Origin: an uncultured Chitinophagaceae bacterium
GTDB lineage: Bacteria > Bacteroidota > Bacteroidia > Chitinophagales > Chitinophagaceae
Direction of reading: 5' to 3'
Assembly (NCBI GenBank): GCA_964647485.1
Contig: CAZYHV010000006.1
Location: forward strand, 6,808-70,807
Length of the DNA stretch: 64,000 nt
The position numbers and the translations under genes are program-made. Each line of letters opens with the position of its first letter. Position 1 is the stretch's first letter. The notes under the pieces were generated by a model. The model saw only the letters and a program-made list of their open reading frames with translations, was not told the origin of the DNA and made no database searches. Shown here in pieces: positions 8,923 through 19,020 of this stretch.

Positions 8923-10485
8923 TTATTGGTTTTTAATATTAAACTGTTTCCCAATACGGTAATTCACCATTCCGTTAAATGAATGTTTGGAATGTATTTT
9001 TTCAATGGGAGTTAAATAGTTTTGATTTTTCTCTTTGATATTTTTAATACCTTTTCTAGTAAGATCGTCAATGGAAAGATAATCGAATATTTTTTCTAAA
9101 TTTTCGTCAATTGAATTTCCCCAGGGGATATTAATATAATCTGTAGCTAAAATATCAGGAGCAATCCCTTCATAATAATTCCCCTTCCCATTGGCATTTT
9201 TAGTGGCAAAGTTGATGGCATACAGGTCAGCAAGATAGTTTTTATTCCCTTCCGAATCATATTCTGAGATTGTAAAATTAATGAACCCTACGGGCTTTCC
9301 ATAGGTTGTATCTCCTACCACCACTACATCCATGTAAGGGTTTAGATTGTTCAGTGTTAACTCACTAGCTGAAGCTGTAGAGTGATCGACAATAAAAAAT
9401 ACATGATCTAAATTCCATCCACTTGAGGGGGAGAATTTGACGTTTGAGGTAAGGCCAAGTAATTCTTTATTTTGGGATAACTTATTATTATAAAGGTATT
9501 GATACATTATCTTTCCTTGAGCCGAGACAGGGGCTATTGCGTTGTCCATATACTCTGCAGTAAGTACAGAACCTCCTCCATTATATCGAAGATCTACAAT
9601 GAGGTCTGTTATACTAGCTGACTCCAGCTTATCAAATTCATTTTCCAGAATCTGTTTTGTAGGGGTTGTTTTGCCACTATCATTTTCAGTACTTGTAAAA
9701 GTATAAAAAACGAAATATCCGATTTTCTTATTGTTAATTGTATAAATAGTATCAAAGAGTATGGGATTAATAGTATAAGTTTCCGGATTAAGGGTGTATT
9801 TTTCGGTATCCCCTTCCGTCGATTTTAAGGTAATTGTTATTGGGTCTCTCCCATAGATTGCCTTGTTGACGGCCGTTACATTAGTTCCTTCTGATCCGTC
9901 ATAGGTAATATCCGAAATTCCATTAATAGCAGTTATTTCCCATCCGCGTTCTATCCCTTTTTGTCCGGCAGGAGAATTTTTATCTGCATATAATACTATT
10001 AAATGACTCATCCCGTACTGATCCAAGGCATAAGTAACCTCCAGACCAAAAGGATTTTGACCTTCAAGCGTTTGAAAGGAACTTGCTACAATCCCCCCTT
10101 GTATTTCTTCGGATATCTTCCCTGTACGATCTAAAAAGCTATAACGATCAATAGGATTTCCTGTTTCTTCATTGATTGGATATGTTTTGATAGATGCAAG
10201 TAAATCTTCAGCCTTTTCGTATTGATCATCAAGGGGATTAAGAGAAGGAACCTGAGCGTACCAATAATAGGAAGGTAGGTCATAAGACGCATCTCTACCT
10301 CCATTTACGAAACTTATTTGTAGAATTTGATACATCAGGTACTTCAATGAATCTTCTGCTGAAAGTGAACCTTTTGAGGCAGTAGCAGACATGGAATTGT
10401 GATCTTTTTTACAGGAAATAAGGATGCCAAAGGATAATCCTAAAATAGTCAAAAGACAAAGAGTGGCAAGAGATGTATGTTTCAT
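8923..10485 (-). CDS. S41-family serine peptidase (C-terminal processing / tail-specific type), lipoprotein
   Basis: 520 aa. Lipobox LISC. PDZ-like stretch (GWEITAINGISD). S41 core with nucleophile context DHSTASASELT and LRYNGGG. Confidence 0.8.
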   Translation of the reverse strand: MKHTSLATLCLLTILGLSFGILISCKKDHNSMSATASKGSLSAEDSLKYLMYQILQISFVNGGRDASYDLPSYYWYAQVPSLNPLDDQYEKAEDLLASIKTYPINEETGNPIDRYSFLDRTGKISEEIQGGIVASSFQTLEGQNPFGLEVTYALDQYGMSHLIVLYADKNSPAGQKGIERGWEITAINGISDITYDGSEGTNVTAVNKAIYGRDPITITLKSTEGDTEKYTLNPETYTINPILFDTIYTINNKKIGYFVFYTFTSTENDSGKTTPTKQILENEFDKLESASITDLIVDLRYNGGGSVLTAEYMDNAIAPVSAQGKIMYQYLYNNKLSQNKELLGLTSNVKFSPSSGWNLDHVFFIVDHSTASASELTLNNLNPYMDVVVVGDTTYGKPVGFINFTISEYDSEGNKNYLADLYAINFATKNANGKGNYYEGIAPDILATDYINIPWGNSIDENLEKIFDYLSIDDLTRKGIKNIKEKNQNYLTPIEKIHSKHSFNGMVNYRIGKQFNIKNQ

Positions 10486-10497
10486 GAAGAGTAAGAT

Positions 10498-11763
10498 TTA
10501 GCGGTATTTCGATGTCAGAAACCATAAATTCCTCACGACTAAAGTTAAGTAAAGGTTCGTATAGCTTTTATGAATGGCTCCTGAATAAGAAGCTCCTTTT
10601 TGACCAATAGTTACTCCTGTGCTCAGGCTGATGTTTCTTTTCCTGTTATAAATACCAGTGCCTATGGAAAATTGAAAATCATTGATAGGTTCATTGCTAA
10701 TCTTAAGATAAGAACTATTCATCCCCACCCCACATTCAAAAAGTAATTGTTTTAGCAGATTCCCCCTATAAGTTGTTTCTCCTCCCAGAGGATCCCATTT
10801 TAGTCCCAGCCCATAGTAATTGCTGTTTGTATAGCTTATGTTATTATTTTTTACAGATAATTTATTCCATCGCCAAGAAATATAATCAAAATCTATGGTT
10901 AGTTTATTATCGTAAGTAATTGCAAATCCTGCCCGATATTGATCTGGAATAGTAAAGTAGTTGTCTTGCAGACTTTCATTACTGAGGGTATCTCCGTCAC
11001 TTATTATACTGGTGTTATAACTTGCGTTCAAGGAACGTTTACTTTGATATTTTAATGCTATGGACAAATGTAATTTGTCACTAATATCTGTAAAATATTG
11101 CAAACCATAAGAAAAATTTATATTTCTGAGATAGGTTTGCTTTTTATAGCTTAAAATTGGATTAGATACATCGTAAGCTACTCTTTCTATTTGATTGATG
11201 GATCCAAAAATATAATTGAGCTGAACCCCTAGAGATAAATGACGTCCGATACGAAAGCCATTGCCCCAATAGAATTGATGCAGCCCCCCATTCCCTTCGT
11301 ATATGCTTTGGATAGTTTGCTTAGAGCCACTAATTTTTTTGGGGTCAACAATCTGATACATTACCGTTGTTAAGGGAAGGATACCTAAACTACTTCCCCA
11401 GAAGTTACTCACTTTCAAACCTACTGCAAAGCGGCTGACATTAAAATCGTTACTGTTTCCAATATTCCCTGATTGGGTTAGGGTGGCGTGTCGCCCGGTA
11501 GTTGAGAGCTCACCTATTACCAGTTTGTTTTGTAAAGCACTATAAGAGGCCGGATTAGAAGTATTAAGAAAACTACTACTTCTGATAGCACTTACTCCAT
11601 ATCCCATACCGGATAGCATTCCCTGTGCATTAAAATCATATTCTCCTACACCTAGTGCAGAATATGGAAAATTCGATAAGGTCTGTGCGAAAATCGGCTT
11701 TAGACATAAAAAAAGGAAAAAGACAACTAAATAAAGAGAGATATTATAATTTAATTTATACAT
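10498..11763 (-). CDS. Predicted outer-membrane beta-barrel protein of unknown function
   Basis: Signal peptide MYKLNYNISLYLVVFFLFLCLKPIFAQ after the ATG at 11763; the track start 11790 would add 9 aa. Alternating amphipathic strands rich in G/Y/S/N run throughout. Family not identified. Confidence 0.6.
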   Translation of the reverse strand: MYKLNYNISLYLVVFFLFLCLKPIFAQTLSNFPYSALGVGEYDFNAQGMLSGMGYGVSAIRSSSFLNTSNPASYSALQNKLVIGELSTTGRHATLTQSGNIGNSNDFNVSRFAVGLKVSNFWGSSLGILPLTTVMYQIVDPKKISGSKQTIQSIYEGNGGLHQFYWGNGFRIGRHLSLGVQLNYIFGSINQIERVAYDVSNPILSYKKQTYLRNINFSYGLQYFTDISDKLHLSIALKYQSKRSLNASYNTSIISDGDTLSNESLQDNYFTIPDQYRAGFAITYDNKLTIDFDYISWRWNKLSVKNNNISYTNSNYYGLGLKWDPLGGETTYRGNLLKQLLFECGVGMNSSYLKISNEPINDFQFSIGTGIYNRKRNISLSTGVTIGQKGASYSGAIHKSYTNLYLTLVVRNLWFLTSKYR

Positions 11764-11779
11764 ATTGTTAATGAAAAGT

Positions 11780-13090
11780 TTATTCGGCATTATACATAAC
11801 TAATCCAATGCTTATCTCTATTTTACTTGGATCTACTACTATTTGTTGGAAAGTGGTATTGTAAGCAGGAGAGGGGGTTACAAGTAACAGCTTGGTTTTA
11901 TTATTATTATTTGTTTTATTTATTTCATTCGTAATATAGTTTGTCAGGAGGTAACTATAATAAGATTCTTTATAGCCGTAATCCGTTACCAGGTTACCAT
12001 AGGCTACACCACTTGAGTTAGTTAAAGAATCCAAAACAGTATAGTAATCAGTAATCTTACATAATGCTAAGTCGGAGGGGAGAGGGTTCGCCGCAGAATA
12101 GGTCGATGATTCTGGATATATCAATATCGTTCCACCTACAATTTTTACATAAGGACTTAAGTGTAAAAGATTTTGCAGATGGGGGAAATCCAACCTTATG
12201 GCCAAGTTACTTAAAGGTTGCATGATGCTAATTCCATTTGAAGTCTTTGCATTTATCGTTTTATTCTTACTGTTAAGTGCGGCAAAAGGGGTTCCGCTTA
12301 AATCGTTGTCGATATGATTAAACTGTAGATTTGAATTCGTTAGCTTAAAGTCGGTGTATGCTACTGTTTTAGCATCCCCTTTTTGATGATAATATAACCT
12401 CATAAAAGCGGAGGATTCGTTGGCTGAGAATCCAAAAATAGCTTTGTTATTCTTCCCTTTAAGCAGGATCCCTTTTAAAAAATGAAGACTAAAAAGATCA
12501 TCAGTAGATAGGCGTTCTGAGTGGTTAACAATGGCGGAAAAGAGTTGTAAGCCAAAGTTATCAGATAGTCGAACAGATATTTTGTTTGTTCTTGTAGGGT
12601 ATATTCTACCACTCCATTCTCCTATGGCTGTTGCATCAGATGAAAAAGACGAAGTATTGTATAATGAAGTCTGGTTTTCATAAGGATCAATCAGCTCTTG
12701 TAGGGGATAAACAGAGAAAGAAAATGTTTTTGTAGTGTCTCCAATAGCATATTGATTAGGTTTTAAGACAAAACATAAAGAATCATAGATAGCAGTAGTC
12801 TCAATGCTTTGATCCTCCGGCGCTCCTAACTGCATATATGAACTGGCTTTTTTATTACCGCTAAGAGAATCTTCATGGGCTCCCAATAAAATAATCCCGC
12901 TGCCGTTTGTTGCTACTGAATCCAGATAAACAGTTTGTACTTGAACAGTCAAGGTGTCAGTCGTTACTGCACCAGCATGGCTTTTAAAGAAGGAACTCCC
13001 GATATCTGATTCTGTATTATTACAGGAAACTATTCCCCAACAGAATAATGCGAAGATGAATATACCTTGTTTTGTTGATATATAGGTCAT
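11780..13090 (-). CDS. Lipoprotein of unknown function (possibly DUF4270-like)
   Basis: 436 aa. Lipobox IVSC. Beta-rich and Asn/Ser/Thr-rich. It is the first gene of a co-directional run lipoprotein-OMP-S41-HK-RR. The DUF assignment is from memory only. Confidence 0.5.
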   Translation of the reverse strand: MTYISTKQGIFIFALFCWGIVSCNNTESDIGSSFFKSHAGAVTTDTLTVQVQTVYLDSVATNGSGIILLGAHEDSLSGNKKASSYMQLGAPEDQSIETTAIYDSLCFVLKPNQYAIGDTTKTFSFSVYPLQELIDPYENQTSLYNTSSFSSDATAIGEWSGRIYPTRTNKISVRLSDNFGLQLFSAIVNHSERLSTDDLFSLHFLKGILLKGKNNKAIFGFSANESSAFMRLYYHQKGDAKTVAYTDFKLTNSNLQFNHIDNDLSGTPFAALNSKNKTINAKTSNGISIMQPLSNLAIRLDFPHLQNLLHLSPYVKIVGGTILIYPESSTYSAANPLPSDLALCKITDYYTVLDSLTNSSGVAYGNLVTDYGYKESYYSYLLTNYITNEINKTNNNNKTKLLLVTPSPAYNTTFQQIVVDPSKIEISIGLVMYNAE

Positions 13091-13399
13091 TTAACTTTTT
13101 TATTGATGTTTAAATCAGGCTTATTTTTCACAGGATGTTCTATCATCTTGTAAAAACGGGGTGAAAGGTAAAAGAATCTTTATTGCATAAAACAGAAATT
13201 AGATGAATGCCGAAATTGTATCGACCAATTGCCATTCAATCAATACGGTCTCCTTATTGAAGAGATGCTTTCTGAGTTTTGCCCAAATAAGGTTGATATA
13301 TAAAATTTCTAATTAAATCGATAGATTTTTTGATTTCATCTATTCCCGTTTTTACTTCTGAAAGAGCAGACTATATTTGACGAAAACAATTTATTTTTT

Positions 13400-14422
13400 A
13401 TGAAGATTAAACTGATTAATTTAAGTATGATAACCTTTTTTCTCACAGGTATTATTGTTATTACAGGTTGTACAAAAACAGAAGATGATGATACAACATT
13501 AGGTAATTGGGTAGAGCGTTCCAGTTTTAATGGTTATGCACGTAGTGATGCAATCGCATTCACCATAGATGGGAAAGCATATATGGGAACCGGTTACGAT
13601 GGTAGTGACTATCTGAAAGATTTTTGGCAGTATGATCCCAGTCTAAATGCCTGGATACAAAAGGCAGATTTTAGTGGTACTGCCAGAAGTGCTGCTGTAG
13701 GATTTTCTGTTTCCGGAAATGGCTACATTGCAACAGGATATGATGGGATAAACTATCTGAAAGATTGCTGGAAATATAATCCTGATTCTAATACTTGGGA
13801 ACAAGTATCTGATTTTGGCGGTTCTGCACGATATGGGGCAACCGCATTTAGTGTGAATAATAAAGGATATATTACAACAGGCTATAGTAAAAGGTATTTA
13901 AAAGATTTTTGGGAATATGATCCGACAACAGATTCTTGGACTTCGAAAATTAGCATGGGGGGATCCAAAAGGATGTTTGCTACTACTTTCGTTATTAATG
14001 ATATCGCCTATCTTGTTGGGGGAACAAATAATGGTTCTACTGTAGATGATTTCTGGGCCTTTGATCCTTCAACAGAAACGTGGACCAGGAAACGTGATAT
14101 TACGGATGATGATGACGATGCTACTTATGATGATGATTATACCACCATAGCTAGAAGCAATGCAGTAGTATTTACCGTCGGCGATACTGCCTACCTTGTA
14201 ACAGGAGAAACTCCATCTCTCACGAGTGATGTGTGGCAATATGATCCTGAAAAGGACTTGTGGAAGGAACGAAACTCTTTTGATGGAACCACCAGAGTGG
14301 GTGCTGTGGGTTTTTCTGTAAATAATCGTGGATTCATTGCCACCGGAGGTTCTGTATCCGGAGGATCAACAGTATATGATGACCTATGGGAATTTCAACC
14401 TTATGTTGAAGAAGATGATTAA
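13400..14422 (+). CDS. Kelch-repeat (six-bladed beta-propeller) lipoprotein
   Basis: 340 aa. Lipobox ITGC. Six repeats of the pattern Y(D/S)G..YLKDFW.YDP..(N/D).W. An acidic insert (DITDDDDDATYDDDYTT) lies between blades 4 and 5. Confidence 0.8.
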   Translation: MKIKLINLSMITFFLTGIIVITGCTKTEDDDTTLGNWVERSSFNGYARSDAIAFTIDGKAYMGTGYDGSDYLKDFWQYDPSLNAWIQKADFSGTARSAAVGFSVSGNGYIATGYDGINYLKDCWKYNPDSNTWEQVSDFGGSARYGATAFSVNNKGYITTGYSKRYLKDFWEYDPTTDSWTSKISMGGSKRMFATTFVINDIAYLVGGTNNGSTVDDFWAFDPSTETWTRKRDITDDDDDATYDDDYTTIARSNAVVFTVGDTAYLVTGETPSLTSDVWQYDPEKDLWKERNSFDGTTRVGAVGFSVNNRGFIATGGSVSGGSTVYDDLWEFQPYVEEDD

Positions 14423-14440
14423 TAATAAAATGAATAGAAT

Positions 14441-14818
14441 ATGAAGAGAAAAAATGAATCCTTGACGACTTGTCTGATGTTCATACTATTTCTGTTGGTA
14501 CTCTTTGTCATTGGTTGTTCCTCAGGGGGGGATACCAACAGAAAGACGGTAAATGAGAATGAACATGTAATGAAAGTAACGGTATTACCCCTTCACTTCC
14601 CAACCGGCTGGGGATATGTCGTAAAAAAAAATAACGAACTTTACATTTATCAGGATCAAATTCCTTGTTTGCCGGGGAATAAGCAATTCCCAACCAGAGA
14701 AAGCGCCATGCAAGTTGCACATCTTGTAAAACAAAAAATCAATCTTGGGAGATCTCCCTCTGTCAGTAGATCAGAGATAGAAAAAATATTGAATTCACCT
14801 ATTAAAAACTCTAATTAG
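14441..14818 (+). CDS. Small lipoprotein, unknown function
   Basis: 125 aa. Signal peptide plus lipobox VIGC. Starts 18 bp downstream of the Kelch gene. Confidence 0.55.
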   Translation: MKRKNESLTTCLMFILFLLVLFVIGCSSGGDTNRKTVNENEHVMKVTVLPLHFPTGWGYVVKKNNELYIYQDQIPCLPGNKQFPTRESAMQVAHLVKQKINLGRSPSVSRSEIEKILNSPIKNSN

Positions 14819-14820
14819 GG

Positions 14821-14890
14821 GCTGCTTAATAACAGGTTTTGCTTGATAGCAAAAGGAATTTCGCTTATTGTGTTTTATGTTAATGCAAGG
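14821..14890. repeat. Relic repeat copy R1 (homologous to 21698..21767)
   Basis: By hand alignment about 60 of 70 positions are identical to R2, in the same orientation, with weaker similarity for a further ~25 bp. On the reverse strand both copies encode related peptides: R1 LYYDKPCINIKHNKRNSFCYQAKPVIKQ, R2 ILWFQKTCISIKYNNRNSFSYQAKRVIKQ. Confidence 0.7.
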
Positions 14891-15284
14891 TTTATCATAA
14901 TATAGATTCGATTTCCTTTCCTTTCGATAGCTCTCAAAGTGCTTTATGACCTTAGTCGGAAGCAGCTCATTCTTTTTTGTGCATCCCATATCGAAGTATT
15001 TATACATCTTCATGGATCTCACTACGAATCTGAACTACTTCCGACTTATTGAGCAGCCCTTAAATAGTAGAGAACCCAAGAAAGGTTGACTGTTTATGCA
15101 ACCAATAGCTCTAATGGTTATCTTTCAAAGTGCCGTAGGTTCTCAAAAAAGTCATTAATTTCTGATTCTGTAAAACGCATCTTTCTTGATTTTTGTGTTT
15201 AATCTATCAAAGAAAAACATTCTGCAGTTTATTCATTTTTAGGGAAGGCGTCTCCTCTTTTGTCTATGCTATAATTGTTCTTAT

Positions 15285-16001
15285 TTAGGGACTTTGTCTT
15301 TCCAAAAAATCGAAAAAGGCAGTACGGTATTGTTCGCCAATAGTAATGCGTTGATCATTAATAATGATTTGACTTCGTTCAATATGATCGATTTTGTCTA
15401 AGGCCACAATGAAGGAACGATGGACTCGCATAAATTGATTAGAAGGGAGTTTTTCTTCTAATTTTTTTAGGCTGATGAGGGAAAGAATGGGTTTCTTATC
15501 GGTAACGAAATGTACTTTTGCATAATCTTTTAATCCTTCTATATAAAGAATGTCTGAAAGATTTATTTTAAGTTGTTGATATTCTGATTTTAAGAAGATA
15601 TAGTCTTTCTCGGATTGCGCTATTGAGCTTTGTTGCTCTATGTGATTTTTAACCTTGTTGACCCCTGCTAAAAACTCAGAATAATCAATAGGTTTCAATA
15701 AATAATCCACTGCATTAACCTTATAACCTTCTATGGCATATTGATCAAAAGCGGTGGTAAAAATAACTTTTATTTCGGGGGGTAGCACTTTGGATAACTC
15801 CATTCCATTTAATTCCGGCATTTGAATGTCCAAAAAAATTAAATGAGGAGCACTGTTTTTTTGCAAATAATCCAATACTTCCATCGGATTATTAAAAGCC
15901 CCGACGAGCTCTAAAGAAGGTGTTTTTTCGGCATAACGGACTAACTGATTCAATGCTGCCGGTTCATCATCTACGATTATACAACGGATTGATTTTGTCA
16001 T
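15285..16001 (-). CDS. LytR/AlgR-family response regulator (REC + LytTR)
   Basis: 238 aa. LIFLDIQMPELNG phospho-acceptor context and a LytTR tail (FMRVHRSFIVALDKI). The start overlaps the kinase stop (ATGA, 15998-16001). Confidence 0.9.
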   Translation of the reverse strand: MTKSIRCIIVDDEPAALNQLVRYAEKTPSLELVGAFNNPMEVLDYLQKNSAPHLIFLDIQMPELNGMELSKVLPPEIKVIFTTAFDQYAIEGYKVNAVDYLLKPIDYSEFLAGVNKVKNHIEQQSSIAQSEKDYIFLKSEYQQLKINLSDILYIEGLKDYAKVHFVTDKKPILSLISLKKLEEKLPSNQFMRVHRSFIVALDKIDHIERSQIIINDQRITIGEQYRTAFFDFLERQSP

Positions 16002-17047
16002 GATTCCTTGGGATTTAAGTTGATTTCCAGTATCGCTTTAAATTGGTTATCATTAAGTTGGGTGACGAAATGATGCTTGTCGGGATACAATAAATGTAAC
16101 CTTTTCCTTAGATTTTCCAATCCGATACCCGAGCTGCTTAAATCTGTTTTGGATTGGGAGAAATCCTGATTGAAAGAGGTAAAAATAACGTGGTGATCAT
16201 CGGTTACTTCCAGATAAAAATATATTTCACTGGAATGACGGGCTGACACTCCGTGTTTGAAAGCATTCTCTACGAGCGAAATAAACAACAAAGGAGCGAT
16301 TTGTATTTCGGGTATCTTTTTGGGGAAATCAACCTCCACGCGGGTCGAGTTCGTAAGACGTACCTTCATTAATGCAATGTATTTAGTCAAAAAACCTATT
16401 TCTTCCTTCAGGGAGATCGTACTCATATTGGAGGCGTGAAGCAAATGACGCATTAATTTACTTAAACTATGAATAGATTTACGAGCCTTCTCAGGTTCGG
16501 TTTCGATCATCGAGTAAATATTATTGAGCGAATTGAAAAAGAAATGTGGTTGAAGTTGATATTTAAGTGTTTGTAATTCTGCCTGCAATTTGGTATTTTC
16601 CGCTTCTGCCTGATAAACTTGTAAATCCGTCATCCTTTTACCTGATTTTATTGCAATGGCAAATACGATGGGAATGAGGTACACTAAGAATTCTGAATAC
16701 CAGACTAAAGCCAAAGGCGGTCCGTGGTGTCCTTTTCCCGGTTGGTCTAAAAAACTTGTAAAAATTTCAAATTTCAGCCAATATAAAATGGCAATAAGAA
16801 ACAAATTTCCGAAAACAAGGAACAGCCATTTTTTTTGCTTAAAAAGGAATTGGTCAACGATCCAAAGGAAGTTGGTGTAAAATAAAACCGCCATAAAGAA
16901 CAGTTGCAACCAATAAAAGAGGGCAATTTCTTTCAATCCTATTCCCGCACCGGAACTCAATGCAACGGGAATATAAAACAGAACGACCCATATCAATCCA
17001 TGGATAGCAATTTCTATTTTGTGTTTACGATTTTTACTTTTATTCAT
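15998..17047 (-). CDS. LytS/YehU-type sensor histidine kinase with membrane-embedded N-terminus and no obvious extracytoplasmic domain
   Basis: 349 aa. About 5 TM helices with short loops. H-box QLQPHFFFNSLNNI and ATPase motifs (LVENAFKHG, GIGLENLRKRL). The start overlaps the ABC permease stop (ATGAATAA, 17040-17047). Confidence 0.9.
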   Translation of the reverse strand: MNKSKNRKHKIEIAIHGLIWVVLFYIPVALSSGAGIGLKEIALFYWLQLFFMAVLFYTNFLWIVDQFLFKQKKWLFLVFGNLFLIAILYWLKFEIFTSFLDQPGKGHHGPPLALVWYSEFLVYLIPIVFAIAIKSGKRMTDLQVYQAEAENTKLQAELQTLKYQLQPHFFFNSLNNIYSMIETEPEKARKSIHSLSKLMRHLLHASNMSTISLKEEIGFLTKYIALMKVRLTNSTRVEVDFPKKIPEIQIAPLLFISLVENAFKHGVSARHSSEIYFYLEVTDDHHVIFTSFNQDFSQSKTDLSSSGIGLENLRKRLHLLYPDKHHFVTQLNDNQFKAILEINLNPKES

Positions 17048-18257
17048 AGCGCAATGCTTCTATAGGGTCTAAGGCAGCTCCTTTTTTGGCGGGATAGTAC
17101 CCGAAAAATATTCCTGTGAAAGTACAAACTAAAAATGAGATAACGATAGATAGTACCGTGATGGAGACCGGCCAGCCAATGAATGAAGAAACAAAGAAAG
17201 TGGCAGCAAACCCCAAGAGAACGCCTAACACGCCTCCGGTAATACTAATCAATACCGATTCAATCAAGAATTGTAATAATATAGAAGATTCCGTAGCGCC
17301 CATCGCCAAACGCAGTCCTATTTCTCGTGTTCTTTCCTTTACCGACACATACATAATATTCATGATGCCGATACCGCCCACAAGAAGGGAAATTCCGGCA
17401 ATGGCTACCAATAATCCTGTGAGCATTTCACTGGTAGAGCTAAAAGTTTGAATCAATTCCTGTTGTGAGAATACATTAAAATCATTGTCTTCATCTTCCG
17501 GTATTTTGTGGGTTCTTTCCAAAATACTTGTTGTCTCTTTTACGGCAGCATCGGCTTTGTTTTCATTTACCGCAGAAGCAACGATAGATTGCAAATAATT
17601 CTGTGCTAAAATTCTCTTTTGTACTGCAGTATAAGGAGCTAAGATAATATCGTCTTGATCTTGTCCAAAAGTGTTCTCCCCCTTTTCCTTTAATACGCCT
17701 ATGACGGTAAATGGGGTCGAGTTGAATCGGATGATTTTTCCGATAGGACTCTCCTCGGTGCCAAAAACATTTTCCTGAACGGTTTTTCCGATGACAGCTA
17801 CCTTGGCAATCCGTTTAACGTCTTCATCGGTAAACATGGATCCTTCTTCTAAACCCCATTCTCTAATATTGAGATAAGAGGGCGCCACCCCATAAATGCT
17901 GGTTGCCCAGTTATTGGAACCGGCAATAGCTTGACCATTTCCATTAACCATTGGGGAAACGTCCTGAAGCCATTCTGCCTCTTGTAGCGCTTCATAGTCT
18001 GTGAGCTTTAGGGTTTGCATGCTGCTGATATCGCGTACTCCTCCGGGCATTCTTCCGGCCCCCGGGCGAATGGATATCATATTGGCCCCCATTTGAGAGA
18101 TGTTTTCTTTGATACTTTCTTTGGAGCCTTCGCCAATGGCTAACATAGCGATAACGGCAGCCACGCCAATAATTACTCCCAGCATGGTTAAGATGGCTCG
18201 AGCTTTGTTCAATAAAATAGCCTTCCACGATATTTTAAAAAGATTAATGATATTCAT
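17040..18257 (-). CDS. MacB-type ABC transporter permease (MacB periplasmic domain + FtsX)
   Basis: 405 aa. N-terminal TM, a large periplasmic domain, then 3 C-terminal TM helices with the FtsX-type ending YPAKKGAALDPIEALRYE. Confidence 0.9.
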   Translation of the reverse strand: MNIINLFKISWKAILLNKARAILTMLGVIIGVAAVIAMLAIGEGSKESIKENISQMGANMISIRPGAGRMPGGVRDISSMQTLKLTDYEALQEAEWLQDVSPMVNGNGQAIAGSNNWATSIYGVAPSYLNIREWGLEEGSMFTDEDVKRIAKVAVIGKTVQENVFGTEESPIGKIIRFNSTPFTVIGVLKEKGENTFGQDQDDIILAPYTAVQKRILAQNYLQSIVASAVNENKADAAVKETTSILERTHKIPEDEDNDFNVFSQQELIQTFSSTSEMLTGLLVAIAGISLLVGGIGIMNIMYVSVKERTREIGLRLAMGATESSILLQFLIESVLISITGGVLGVLLGFAATFFVSSFIGWPVSITVLSIVISFLVCTFTGIFFGYYPAKKGAALDPIEALRYE

Positions 18258-18269
18258 CGTTTTGTTTTT

Positions 18270-19010
18270 TTAAGTTAATGCGGGGAGAGCGGCTAATTCT
18301 GCTTTGGCAAAAATTCTTTTTTCTACCGGAGCATCTTTAATCACTAAACCGTCTTTCAACTCGATGGTTCTTTTACTAAAATGAGAGATATCTGCTTCGT
18401 GGGTTACAAAGCCGATGGTAATTCCATCGTCATTTAATTCCTGAAAAATCTCCATGACTTCATAGGAAGTGCGCGAATCGAGATTTCCGGTGGCTTCATC
18501 AGCGAGCAGTATCGCAGGGTTGTTTACCAAAGAACGGGCAATGGCTACACGCTGTTGTTGCCCTCCGGAAAGTTGGTTGGGTAAATGTTTTAACCGGCTT
18601 CCCAAACCGACGCGTTTGAGAGCATGAATAGCCCGTTCCCTTCTTTCCGCAGCCGATATTTGAGGATTGTACATTAGGGGGAGTTCCACATTTTCTATGG
18701 CTGAAGTCCGTGCCAACAGGTTGTAGGACTGAAAAATAAACCCTATTTTTCTATTCCGTATGTGCGCCAATTCTTTTTTGGAGAGTTCATTTACATTTAT
18801 GCCATCCAAAAAATAGGCCCCTTCGGAAGATTTGTCTAAACAACCAAGGATGTTAAGCAGAGTTGATTTCCCCGAACCACTTGTTCCCATAATGGTCACA
18901 AATTCTCCTCTCCTAATCTGTAAATCTACACCGCGAAGGGCATGAACCGTTTCACTTCCCATCTTAAAATTGCGATGAAGGTTTTTGGTCTCTATGATTA
19001 TTGAGTTCAT
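18270..19010 (-). CDS. ABC transporter ATP-binding protein (MacB/LolD-like)
   Basis: Walker [13 protein letters not shown], signature [14 protein letters not shown], Walker [13 protein letters not shown]. Confidence 0.95.
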   Translation of the reverse strand: MNSIIIETKNLHRNFKMGSETVHALRGVDLQIRRGEFVTIMGTSGSGKSTLLNILGCLDKSSEGAYFLDGINVNELSKKELAHIRNRKIGFIFQSYNLLARTSAIENVELPLMYNPQISAAERRERAIHALKRVGLGSRLKHLPNQLSGGQQQRVAIARSLVNNPAILLADEATGNLDSRTSYEVMEIFQELNDDGITIGFVTHEADISHFSKRTIELKDGLVIKDAPVEKRIFAKAELAALPALT

Positions 19011-19020
19011 AATATTTTAT

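Noticed and set aside
13243-13253. 11-mer CAATACGGTCT shared with 27762-27772
   Set aside because: Hundreds of shared 11-mers are expected by chance in 64 kb, and there is no flanking similarity.
14795-15022. 75-aa minus-strand ORF as a functional gene
   Set aside because: It overlaps the 3' end of the lipoprotein gene. Only its C-terminal ~30 aa are conserved in the second copy (R2), which is itself closed by a stop. It is treated as a relic fragment and not as an intact gene.
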